A stretch of DNA of 64,000 nt from Mobula hypostoma. Lineage: Eukaryota. This document shows, in pieces, positions 1 to 11,180 of the stretch; position 1 is the stretch's first letter; every line of letters begins with the position of its first letter. The notes under the pieces were generated by a model. That model was not told the origin of the DNA. It did not search any database and saw only the letters and a program-made list of their open reading frames with translations. The position numbers were made by a program, and so were the translations under genes. Where the stretch lies: the NCBI RefSeq assembly GCF_963921235.1, contig NC_086101.1:3412001-3476000 (forward strand), in the 5' to 3' direction.

Positions 1-294
1 CAGGGTGACCGGGTGCAGCAGGGATCTTCACAGCTGTAGCTGTGTTCTCCCTTTCAAAGTGAAACATAGCAGACGTTGAGCTCATCTGGTCGTGAAGCAT
101 CACTGCCATTTATGCTATTGGGTTTTGCTTTGCAGGAAGGAATGTCCTGCCAACCCTGCTAGTGTTACCGTGGATCTGATGTCACTACCAACCTTGCTCA
201 AAATTGTTTCTTCACTCTTGAAATGGCCCTCTGCAAGTCATACCTGGTTTTCTGGTACAGGTCTGGGTCACTAGAGTTAGATGCCACAGATCTA

Positions 295-830
295 GCCCTG
301 AGCTAACGACGTACCTCCTGGTTCATCCGTGGCTTTTGGTTTGGGAATGTACAGCAAGTTTTTGTAGGCACACACCCATCCACACAGGTTTTACTGAAGT
401 CAGTAACAACAGCAGCAAACTCATCCAGATTCGAAGATGAATCCCTGAATACAGTCCAGTCCACCGATTCAAAGCAGTTCTGTAAGTGCTCCTGTGCTTC
501 CCTTATCCAAACCTTCTTGGTCCTCACTGCTTGTGCTGCAGTCTTCAGTCTCTGCCTATACTCAGGGAGTAGACGTACAGCCAGGTGACCAGACTTCCCG
601 AAGTGAGGGCGTGGAATAGCATGGTGAGCTCTCTTGATGGTGGTGTAACAGTGGTCCAGTGTGTTGTTTCCTCTGGTACTAATTACCGTCAATCATTAAT
701 AAGTACCTCTGCTACTACTAGTACCAGAGGTACTTGTTTAATGATTGACGGTAATTAGTTAATGATTTTTTTTAAGGCGGCCTGGTTAAAATCCCCAAAA
801 TGATAGTGAGGGCGTCAGGGTGTGCTGTTT
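295..830 (-). mobile_element. Rex1/Babar-like LINE fragment (endonuclease C-terminal region)
   Basis: Minus-strand ORF TRGNNTLDHCYTTIKRAHHAIPRPHFGKSGHL...LQNCFESVDW resembles the APE endonuclease end of these LINEs. Confidence 0.75.
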
Positions 831-1684
831 CGTGCATATGGATCCTCTTGCTCAGATCAATGCCTGTTTGACATTGGCCTGAGGTGGAATGTACACCACT
901 ACCAAAATGATCACAAAATGACAGGTAAAATGGACTGCACATACTGCAATTGTGAGATATTCCAGCAGAATTGGGACAACACTGGTCACATCTGTGCACC
1001 AAGAGGAGTTGATCATGAGGCGTACACCCCACCTCTGCTTCTGAGAGATTCGACAGTCCTATCCTGACGGTGTATACTGAACCCATCAATCTAAATCGCT
1101 GCGTCCGGTACCAGAGGCTACACTTGCCAGCCATAAACATGTTTGTATCACTGACCTGCAGCCATGTTTTCTATGTGGAATCCGGTGAGAAGTACGGCCG
1201 TAGTCGGCATTGTTTCCATCGGTTTTAAGTAGCGACAGTTTATTCAATCTCATTAAGACATCTTTGTTAACTCTACAGACCTTGGAAGCAGTTGTGATGC
1301 TGTATCAGACCAAAAAGGAATATTTAATTGTATCCATCAAGCTGTGCTGCACGAGATTGTCGTTCCCAAGGTGCCCCACAGCATTATGTCATGCTAAGAA
1401 ACGCCAATAGCGACATCCACCCCTGTCTCACTTGTGGGAGAGTCTGTTTTTCCCTCATCGCCCTCAGCTTCCATCATGGGAACTGAGCAGAGGCAGGTCC
1501 CCATTGAACCTGAGTGGCAATTGGAATCCGAATCAGGTTAAATATCATTGGGATGGTTTGTTAAATATGCTGTTTTGTACTGGTAGCAGTACATTGCAAT
1601 TCATAATAGAAAGACTATAAATTACCATAAGCAACATACACAGAACTGTCCAAAAGTCTTGGGGGGGTGGTGTGCGTGTGTACG

Positions 1685-2760
1685 GTCAATGGCAGACGCA
1701 ATCTCAATGGCTCTCCACGCGGCTTTAGACCACCTGGACAACACCAACACCTATGTCAGGATGCTGTTCACTGACTATAGCTCAGCATTTAATACCATCA
1801 TTCCCACAATCCTGATTGAGAAGTTGCAGAACCTAGGCCTCTGTAATTGGATCCTTGACTTCCTAACCGAAAGACCACAATCTGTGTGGATTGGTGATAA
1901 TGTATCCTCCTCGCTGACGATCAACACTGGTGCACCTCAGGGATGTGTGCTTAGCCCACTGCTCTACTCTCTCTATACCCATGACTATGTGGCTGGGCAT
2001 AGCTCAAATATCATCTATAAATTTGCTGATGATACAACCATTGTTGGTAGAATCTCAAATGGAGCTGAGAGTGCATAATCAGACATCCCACCTCTCCTGG
2101 AAGTTCCGGGAGTCTCCTGCATATTGATAGTGGCTCCCTGATGCCCGCAAATGATATACAATATCCCGGAAATCGATTTTTTTTGAGAGAGCGCGAGAGA
2201 GAGCATGCGCGCGAGAGAGAGAGAGCACCATGGCAGAGTGTTCCGAAAAAAAAAGAAAATATAAAACATACTTCACCCCAGACTACACTAAACTGTGCCC
2301 CTGCCTAATAGGGGTCAAAAATAATGACAGTGTTGCTCGCTGCACTGTTTGCAACAGTGACTTTTCTATTGCCCATGGTGGGTTAAGACTGTAAAAGACA
2401 TGTTGAGGTGAGTTTAACAGGTGTCATTCGTTCATTAGCGTAGCTAATGTTATTTAAACTAGCTGGCCAGCTGCTAAGGAACTACTCTATTGCAGACATC
2501 CCACCTCTCCCAGAAGTTTCAGGAGTCTCCCACAAATTGATGGTGCTACCTCCCTGAAATGAGTTTTTGCAGGGTAGGATGTCTGCATACTGGAGCGAGA
2601 TATACCAACTAGTGGAGTGGTGTCACAGCAACAACCGGACACTCAACCTCACTAAGACTAAAGAGCTGATTGTGGACTTCAGGAAGGGAAAGACGAAGGA
2701 ACACGTACCAATCCTCATAGAGGGATCAGAAGTGGAGAGAGTGAGCAGCTTCAAGTTTGA
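1685..2760 (+). mobile_element. Rex1/Babar-like LINE RT fragment, interrupted by a DNA transposon at 2080-2585
   Basis: [18 protein letters not shown]...[16 protein letters not shown]...KFADDTT; resumes after the insertion with LVEWCHSNN...KTKELIVDFRK. Confidence 0.85.
2080..2585 (+). mobile_element. Small non-autonomous hAT-like DNA transposon with N-terminal zinc-finger remnant
   Basis: TIRs CAGACATCCCACC / GGTAGGATGTCTG; flanks CATAAT (2074-2079) and CATACT (2586-2591); ATG 2230 encodes MAECSEKKRKYKTYF...ARCTVCNSDFSIAHGG. Confidence 0.7.
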
Positions 2761-2821
2761 ATTGAATTGACTTTATTTCTTACATCCTTCACATACATGA
2801 GGATTAAAAAATCTTTATGTT

Positions 2822-3841
2822 ACATAGAAACATAGAAACATAGAAAATAGGTGCAGGAGTAGGCCATTTGGCCCTTCGAGCCTGCACCACCATTTATTAT
2901 GATCATGGCTGATCATCCAACTCAGAACCCCGCCCCAGCCTTCCCTCCATACCCCCTGACCCCCGTAGCCACAAGGGCCATATCTAACTCCCTCTTAAAT
3001 ATAGCCAATGAACTGGCCTCAACTGTTTCCTGTGGCAGAGAATTCCACAGATTCACCACTCTCTGTGTGAAGAAGTTTTTCCTAATCTCGGTCCTAAAAG
3101 GCTTCCCCTCTATCCTCAAACTGTGGCCCCTCGTTCTGGACTTCCCCAACATCGGGAACAATCTTCCTGCATCTAGCCTGTCCAATCCCTTTAGGATTTT
3201 ATACGTTTCAATCAGATCCCCCCTCAATCTTCTAAATTCCAACGAGTACAAGCCCAGTTCATCCAGTCTTTCTTCATATGAAAGTCCTGCCATCCCAGGA
3301 ATCAATCTGGTGAACCTTCTTTGTACTCCCTCTATGGCAAGGATGTGTTTCCTCAGATTAGGGGACCAAAACTGCACACAATACTCCAGGTGTGGTCTCA
3401 CCAAGGCCTTGTACAACTGCAGTAGTACCTCCCTGCTCCTGTACTCGAATCTTCTTGCTATAAATGCTAGCATACCATTCGTCTTTTTCACCGCCTGCTG
3501 TACCTGCATGCCCACTTTCAATGACTGGTGTATAATGACACCCAGGTCTCGTTGCACCTCCCCTTTTCCTAATCGGCCACCATTCAGATAATAATCTGTT
3601 TTCCTATTTTTGCCACCAAAGTGGATAACTTCACATTTATCCACATTAAATTGCATCTGCCATGAATTTGCCCACTCACCCAACCTATCCAAGTCACCCT
3701 GCATCCTCTTAGCATCCTCCTCACAGCTAACACTGCCACCCAGCTTCGTGTCATCCGCAAACTTGGAGTTGCTGCATTCAATTCCCTCATCCAAGTCATT
3801 AATATATATTGTAAACAACTGGGGTCCCAGCACTGAGCCTT
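2822..3841 (-). mobile_element. CR1 LINE, 5'-truncated young copy (open RT C-terminal ORF 2922-3833)
   Basis: LGPQLFTIYINDL..SKFADDTKL..RPHLEYCVQFWSP..RTRGHSL; (TTTCTATG)n tail. Confidence 0.95.
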
Positions 3842-3929
3842 ACGGTTACGTCTTTGTCTAACTTATAATTTATGTAGTTATTTATAATGAATAGAACAGT
3901 CAATGTAACATAGAAATACACTCAGATCA

Positions 3930-5580
3930 GCCCTTTTTACACACCCGTCCTTGTAAATGTCCTGAATCATGGGAAGTTCACAAGTACAGATGCATTGGGC
4001 TGTCTGCAGCACTCTCTGCTGTTACGATTTCGTAACGTACCAGCAGCAAGAGATGACAAATTGAGTCAGGTTTTAATATTAAAACCATTATATTTATTTA
4101 CATCTACTCAAAAATATAGCAAATTAAATAAACGACTTTCTTAAACAGAAGTTAACGGTGTTATGCGTCTATAGCTCCCTTACAGTCAAACTTAGAACCC
4201 ATTCTTAACAAATCTTACTCAAGCACAGTCTTAAAGTGGCAGTTCAGAGAGTCCCAGTAATTCACGAAATAGATGAGAGGAGAGACTTGTGGATTCACAG
4301 TGCAGCGACGAGGCAATCACAACGAATTCCAAAGATTTCACAGCTAGCGAACGAAGAAACGGTTACCGGAGATACAGCCGAGGAATATTGTTCCGAAGTT
4401 CACGAGGAGCGATTTCACAAAGAGACTGTCACGAAATCCACACCCATGGATCATACGAAGGACAGACATGTCTCCACAGTGCACTGTGTGCCGCTAATTA
4501 ACCCAATCCTTTGGGTTTGGGTAAGCATTAGACTTTACCCTTCTCGATCGTGAGCTGTTCCTGGATAGCTCGAAGTACAGTCTTCACTCTCTCTCTCTTT
4601 CTCTCTTTTCTTTGACTCCCTCTCAACACTATGGCCACACTCCTTTCACACTGTTGGCATACGTCATAAGGTGATGCTGACAGTAAACAAAACTATGAAC
4701 TCCCAGGAAAATGAAACTGGACACGTGACACTGCAGAGTCCTGTGATTGAGGGAAGCACAATTCCCATACCAGGCAGTGATGCAGCCAGTCAAGATGCTC
4801 TCAATTGTGCCCCTGTAGAAAGTTCTTAGGATTTGGAGGCCCGTACCAAACTTCCTCAACTGTCTGAGGTGAAAGAAGCGCTGTTGTGCCTTTTTCACCA
4901 CACAGCCCGTGTGTACAGACCACGTGAGGTCCTCGGTGATGTGGATGCTGAGGAACTTGAAGCTGTTCACCCTCTCAACCCCAGATCTATTGATGTCAAT
5001 AGGGATTAGTCCGTCTGCATTCCTCCCGTAATCCACAACCAGCTCCTTTGTTTTTGCGACATTGAGGGAGAGGTTGTTTTCTCGACACCACTGTGACAGA
5101 GAGATGACTTCTTCCGTGTAGGCCACCTCATTATTGTTTGAGATTAGGCCAATCAATGTAGTGTCATTGGCAAAATTGAATTAGCAGATTAGGGCTGTGG
5201 GTGGCGACACAGTCATGGGTATGCAGGGAGCAAAGGAGGGGACTTACTACATAGCCCTGAGGGGCTCCTGTATTGAGAGTCAGAGGGGTGGAGGTGAGGG
5301 AACCCACTCTTACCACCTGTCAGCGATCTGACAGGAAGTCCAGAATCAAGCTGCACAAGACAGGGTCAAGGCTGAGGTCTCGGAGCTTCCTGTTGAACCT
5401 GGATGGAACCATGGTGTTGAATGCTGAATTGTAGTCCAAGAACAGCATTCTCACATAAGCATCCTTCTCCAGATGTGTAAGGATGGTACGTAGAGCAGTG
5501 GCTATTGTGTCATCTGTCGATCGGTTGTGTCGGTAGGCGAATTGTAGGGATCCAGTTTGGGTGGTAGCAAGTTGCAGATG
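3930..5580 (-). mobile_element. Rex1/Babar-like LINE fragment split by a solo LTR
   Basis: ORF 4629-5156 with NNLSLNVAKTKELVVD...ESILTGCITAWYGN; LINE sequence resumes on both sides of 4020-4730. Confidence 0.8.
4020..4730 (-). mobile_element. Solo LTR (711 bp)
   Basis: TGTTACG...CGTGACA termini; 4-bp TSD CTGC (4016-4019 / 4731-4734); cleanly interrupts a LINE; strand inferred from a minus-strand AATAAA near 4095. Confidence 0.8.
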
Positions 5581-6618
5581 ACTTTCTGACTAATAGACCC
5601 CAATCAGTTAAGTTAGACAACCTCTCCTCCTCCACTCTCACCCTGAACACCAGCGTGCCTCAAAGCTGTGTGCTGAGCCCTCTTCTGTACTCCCTTTTCA
5701 TCTGTGACTGTGTTCCTGTACGTGGTTCTAATTCCATAATCAAGTTCGCAGACGACACCACGGTGGTTGGCCTGATCAGAGGGGATGACGAGACGGCCTG
5801 CAGGGACAAGGTCCAGCACCTGGCTGCGTGGTGTGCCGACAACGACCTGGCCCTTAACACCAGAAGACCAAGGAGATCATTGTGGACTTCAGGCATGCTA
5901 GGAGCCACACTCACGTCCCCATCTACATCAACGGAGCTGTAGTGGAGCGTGTATCAAGCTTCAAATTCCTTGGTGTCCACATTTCCGAGGGCCTCATCTG
6001 GTCCCTGAACTCCTCCATCCTGATCAAAAGGTTGTAATAGCCCCTTTTCTTGATGCTTCGCAGGAAATAAGCTCACCTCTGTCCCAGGATACTGACCGAC
6101 TTTTACTGCTGTACCATTGAGAGCATACTCACCAACTGCATCTCAGTGTGGTATGGCAATAGTCCCGTATCGGACCGCAAAGCACTCCAGCGTGTGGTGA
6201 AAACTGTCCAGCGGATTATCGGCACCCAATTGCCCACCATTAAGAACATCTGCCATAAACGCTGCCTGGGCAGGGCGAAAAGCATTATCAGGGATGCATC
6301 TCAGCCTAACCATGGACTTTTTACTCTCCTCCCATCTGGTAGGCGCTACAGGAGCCTCCGCTCCCGCACCAGCAGGCACAGGAAGAGCTTCTTCCCTGAG
6401 GCTGTGACCCTGCTGAACCTCACATCACAGCGCTAAGCAGTATTGCATCCATATTGTACTGTCTCAGTACTTTTATATTTGTGTGCTGTGTGCTTTTTAT
6501 TCGCAGTTATTTTGTAAATAACACTATTCTTTGCATTTCTGGTCAGATGCTAACTGCATTTCATTGGCTTTGTATCTGTACTCGGCACAATGACAATAAA
6601 GTTGAATCTAATCTAATC
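5581..6618 (+). mobile_element. Rex1/Babar-like LINE 3' fragment
   Basis: [42 protein letters not shown]; (AATCT)n tail. Confidence 0.85.
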
Positions 6619-6682
6619 CTTGACCAGCCTCTCAAAGCATTTGCTTATTATTAAGCCACAGGACGCCTGTCATTCAGACATG

Positions 6683-7200
6683 TTACCTTGGTCTTTTTAG
6701 GTACAGGGACAACGGTGGATGTTTTGAAGCAGGAGGGCACTCTACACTAGGAGAGGGAGAGATTAAAAATGTCAGTAAACACATCTGCCAGTCGTGCTGT
6801 GCACATCCTGAGTACTCGCCCTGGGCTGCTGTCCAGTCCTGCAGCCTTGCGACTGTCCACTCTTTGGAAATACCTGCGTACCTCAACCTCAGAGACGACC
6901 AGGTTGCAGGTTGTAGCAGTGGCTTTCCTCAGAGGCTGAGAGTTAGTGGCATCGAACTGAGTGTAAAAGCGATTGAGCTCATCTGGGAGAGAGGCCACGA
7001 TGTTGGCGGCACCACAATGTTTGGCTGTGAAGTCTGCGATGGTATGCAGCCCTCGCCACAAGTCACGTGTGCTATTTGTTGTGAATCTTGACTCAGTCTT
7101 GCCCCTGTATTGTTTTGCAGTCTTGATAGCTTTGCGCAGATCACAGCCCCTTTGCTTGAGATCCTGCTGATTGCTGGCAGCGCATGCTCTGTGTCACGCA
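6683..7200 (-). mobile_element. Rex1/Babar-like LINE fragment (region upstream of RT)
   Basis: LPDELNRFYTQFD...RKAAGLDSSPGRVLR..LADVFTDIFNLSL. Confidence 0.8.
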
Positions 7201-7845
7201 GTTCCTGGGCGTCAAGATCTCTGAGGACTTAACTTGGTCCCAACATATCGATGCAGCTACAAAGAAGGCAAAACAGCGTCTCTACTTCATTGAAGAGATT
7301 TGGTATGTCCACAAAAACACTCAAAAAGTTCTATAGATGTAGTGTGGAGAGTATTCTGACAGGCTACATCACTGTTTGGTGTGGGGGGAGGAGCACAGGA
7401 CTGAAAGAGGCTGCAGAAGGTCATAAATTTAGTTGGCTCCATCTTGGGTACGAGCCTACAAGGTACCCAGGACATCTCCAGGGAGCGGTGTCTCAGAAAG
7501 GCAGCGTACGTTATTAAGGACCCCCAGCACCCAGGGCGTGCCCCTTTCTCACTGTTACCATCAGAGAGGAGGTACAGGAGCCTGAAGACACACACTCAGC
7601 GATTCAGGAATAGCTTCTTCCCCTCTGCCATCCGATTCCTAAATGGACATTCATCTTGTGAATACTACCTCTTTTTTTTAATATATGCAGTATTATTTAT
7701 GTGTTTTTGCCCGATTTTTAATCTATTCAATATACATATACTGTAATTTATTTATTTTCTTCTATATTGTATATTTCATTGAACTGCTGCTGCTAAGTTT
7801 ACAAATTTCACGACAGATGCCGGTGGTAATAAATCTGATTCTGTA
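7201..7845 (+). mobile_element. Rex1/Babar-like LINE 3' fragment
   Basis: FYRCSVESILTG; IKDPQHPGRAPFSLLPSERRYRSLKTHTQRFRNSFFPSAIR. Confidence 0.8.
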
Positions 7846-8411
7846 TTTGTCAATGAGAAGCGGAGAGAGCGTTGGTAAATCTGGCAGGAGGAAAGGATGT
7901 TGGGAATGGCGAGGATGGAGCACGTGAGAGGGGTGTGGGACAGGTGGCAGCAAAGGAGTGCCAGGGCAGTGGGTGGCGTGGGTGCCGACACGCCCAGCCT
8001 CGAGACACCAGGCAAGGTCATTTGATTCCAAACTATTGATTTTTTTTTTTTGGATCATTTTGGAATGTCTCTCAGGTGCTTCTCACTCCCTCACCTCTCC
8101 TCTCCCCCTTTTCCCAACCGTGATTCCCCTCTCCCGACCCCTTTCTCACTCTCAGTCCACCATATCAGAATCGGGTTTATCAGCACTTATACATGTCATG
8201 AGATTTGTTTGTAGCAGCAGTACAGCATGATGCATAAAATTACCACAGTACTGTGCAAAAGTCTTAATCACCCTAAGACTTTTGCACAAAGTATATAAAA
8301 AAAAATCAATTATTTGTGCAAAAAGAGCACAAAAAAAAGTGAGGTAGTGTTCATGGGTTCATTGTTATTCTGAATTTGATGGCAGAGGGGAAGAATCTTT
8401 GAATGTTGAGT

Positions 8412-8890
8412 ACACTCAGGTTGGAGGAACAACACCTTATATTCCGTCTGGGTAGCCTCCAACCTGATGGCATGAACATTGACTTCCAAAACTTCCGCTA
8501 AGGCCCCACCTCCCCCTCGTACCCCATCTGTTACTCATTTTTATGCACACATTTTTTCTCTCACTCTCCTTTTTCTCCCTCTGTCCCTCTGAATATACCT
8601 CTTGCCCATCCTCTGGGTCTCCCCCCCCGCCTTTCTTCCCAGACCTCCTGTCCCATGATCCTCTCATATCCCTTTTGCCTATCACCTGTCCAGCTCTCGG
8701 CTCTATCCCTCCCCCTCCTGTCTTCTCCTATCATTTTGGATCTCCCCCTCCCTCTCCAACTTTCAAATCCCTTACTCACTCTTCCTTCAGTTAGTCCTGA
8801 CGAAGGGTCTCGGCCTGAAACGTCGACTACACCTCTTCCTACAGATGCTGCCTGGCCTGCTGCGTTCACCAGCAACTTTGATGTATGTTG
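8412..8890 (+). mobile_element. Penelope-like element 3' end / pseudo-LTR
   Basis: Encodes RLEEQHLIFRLGSLQPDGMNIDF (GIY-YIG C-terminus), then a pyrimidine-rich tract and a hammerhead-like motif; near-identical copy at 15956-16440. Confidence 0.8.
8792..8829 (+). ncRNA. Minimal type I hammerhead ribozyme motif (Penelope-associated)
   Basis: TAGTC-CTGACGA-AGGGTCTCGGCCT-GAAA-CGTC-GACTA: stem I TAGTC/GACTA, core boxes CUGANGA and GAAA, GUC cleavage triplet ending at 8824. Confidence 0.7.
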
Positions 8891-9290
8891 ATTGAATGTT
8901 GAGTCTTCAGGCTCCTGTACCTCCTCCCTGTTGGTAGCAATGAGAAGAGGACAATGCCCGGGTGATGGGGGTCCTTAATAATGGATGTCACTTTTTTGAG
9001 GCATCACCTTTTGAAGAAGTCTTCAATGCCGGGGAGGCTTGAGCCCATGATGGCGCTGGCTTAGTTTATGACCTGCTGCCGCTCTCAGAGGAGGAGGTAA
9101 CGGGGTACCGTAGTAATCTGCAGTTTGTTCCTTTGCACCCCAGTTACCTCCCTCTCCTGGTACCCTCGTCACCGTGCCAGAGGCCATCCATTCCCTCCTT
9201 GAGTTTGGCAGCCAACCCTACCCCACTCTGAAGATGAATTCACGGGTTGGGTGGGCCATGTTCCCAGTCCCAGGCTTGCGGGCAAACTTG

Positions 9291-9973
9291 TGTAGCCCCT
9301 GGTAAGCCTCAGGATCGCTCAGCTCGCTTTCGTCTAGTGGAAGCAGCCTTCAGCCCTGCCAAACTGGGTAATCAAGTTTGTGTGGAGGCTGTGTGATGTA
9401 CCCACCCCGCCAAATAACAGACAATACACCATATGCGATTGAATGATTACACTCTATAGATCTTACTGGAACAATGTAATTAATAGAGATAAAATATAAA
9501 AGGAAAATAAAAGGCGCCAAACTTATCAAAGTTCAACCACTTCGTGTACAACTGTTGGAGCTCAATTAACGGAATCCTCTTTCCACCATTCGATCCCCTC
9601 CGACCCCCTCGACCCACCACCTGGGACCAGCCACGATGGTCGACCAGACGCTGTACACGAGTCTGTCTTCGTCTCCTCTCCTCGCCGAAGACCCTGGGCC
9701 TCGGACTCCGGCTCGGGGTCCGTTCCGCCGCCGAGCTTACAGCATCGTGTCTCCTCTGTCTGCCCCCATTGCCTTCTGCCCCAAAGCCCGCAAAACAATA
9801 GCTTATACAGACACTCAAGAAAGAATAACATCTATCCCAATTGGTTAGCAAATGAATACAATCCTCATTATCGGTAATATAACCCAAACAAGGTGCTAGA
9901 GAGAGAACTTTCTCAGCAGTTAACTTAACAAAGAAGCCATTTTTTTCGAACATAACAGAAGAAACCCCTGACA
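9291..9973. mobile_element. Solo LTR (683 bp)
   Basis: TGT...ACA termini with 4-bp TSD CTTG (9287-9290 / 9974-9977); no coding capacity. Confidence 0.7.
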
Positions 9974-10620
9974 CTTGGTTGGAACAATTTCCTTCTGAGC
10001 TGGATTGGACTGCCATCGGCTTCTTGATCTATCTGTAAAACCCCAACGCTACTGATGGCAGCAGAACTGGACCCCGATCGCTGGCACTTTAGGGTGTGAT
10101 GCTTACTGCTATGCTGTCGTGTCGCCCCTTTAAAAGTAAAACAGGCCCGAAACATCAACTGTGTGCGTGGGTGCTGCCTGACCTGCTGAATTCCCCCAGA
10201 ATCGTGTGTGTTCCTTTAGACGTTCTGGGTTATGTATCGTTGATGTTAATTTAAGTTTATATTGACCTGTTCTGGTAACGTACTGTGCTAATTTTGTGGA
10301 ATTTATACTTGGATCAGTTAAGGCAGCACACTGTCGCCCAGCACCGCAGGTCACTGTTCTGATTTCATTAGAGCATCAGACGTAGGAGTAGAGTTAGGCC
10401 AATCGCCCCATTGAGTCTACCCTGCCATTCCATCATGACTGATTTATTACCCCTCTCAACCCCAGTCTCCTGCCCTTTCCCCGTCTCTCCTTAAGGAGAG
10501 GGGAAAAGACAATGCAGAGGAGGACTTAAGGAACATTTGATGGCTCTAGGCCTGTACTCACTGGAGTTTAGAAGAATGGGGGGTGGGGAAGTATCATTGA
10601 AACCTATCGAATATTGACAG

Positions 10621-11152
10621 GATGTGGAGAGCACGTTTCCTATAGGGGGGAGTCTAGGACCAGAGGGCACAGATAGAGTGGATGTGGAGAGCACGTTTCC
10701 TATAGAGGGGAATCTAGGACCAGAGGACACAGATAGAGTGGATGTGGAGAGCACGTTTCATATAGAGGGGAGTCTAGGACCAGAGGGCACAGATAGAGTG
10801 GGTGTGGAGAGCACGTTTCCTATAGAGGGGAGTCCAGGACCAGAGGGCACAGATAGGGTGGATGTGGAGGGGATGTTTCCTGTAGTGGGGGAGTCTAGGA
10901 CCAGAGGGCACAGATATAGTGGATGTGGAGAGGATGTTTCCTATAGTGAGGGAGTCTAGGACCAGAGGGCACAGATAGAGTGGATGTGGAGAGGATATTT
11001 CCTATAATGAGGGAGTCTAGGACCAGAGGGCACAGATAGAGTGGATGTGGAGAACACGTTTCCTATAGAGGGGAGTCTAGGACCAGAGGGCACAGATAGA
11101 GTGGATGTGGAGAGGATGTTTCCTGTAGTGGAGGAGTCTAGGACCAGAGGAC
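10621..11152 (+). repeat. Tandem repeat, about 60-bp unit x about 9, derived from a CR1 ORF2 segment
   Basis: Unit GATGTGGAGAGCACGTTTCCTATAGAGGGGAGTCTAGGACCAGAGGGCACAGATAGAGTG, inside a + strand CR1 remnant (about 10530-12450). Confidence 0.92.
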
Positions 11153-11180
11153 ACAGCCTCAGAATAGAGAGACATTCATT

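Noticed and set aside
2899..3591. 230-aa + strand ORF (MIMADHPTQN...), recurring at 11259, 23803 and 42893
   Set aside because: Antisense frame of CR1 ORF2; it recurs only because the LINE recurs.
9144..9260. Possible upstream SKIV2L exon (ccccag|TTACCTCCC..., LPPSPGTLVTVPE...)
   Set aside because: No convincing match to the SKIV2L N-terminus beyond LPP; the first exons are probably upstream of the window.
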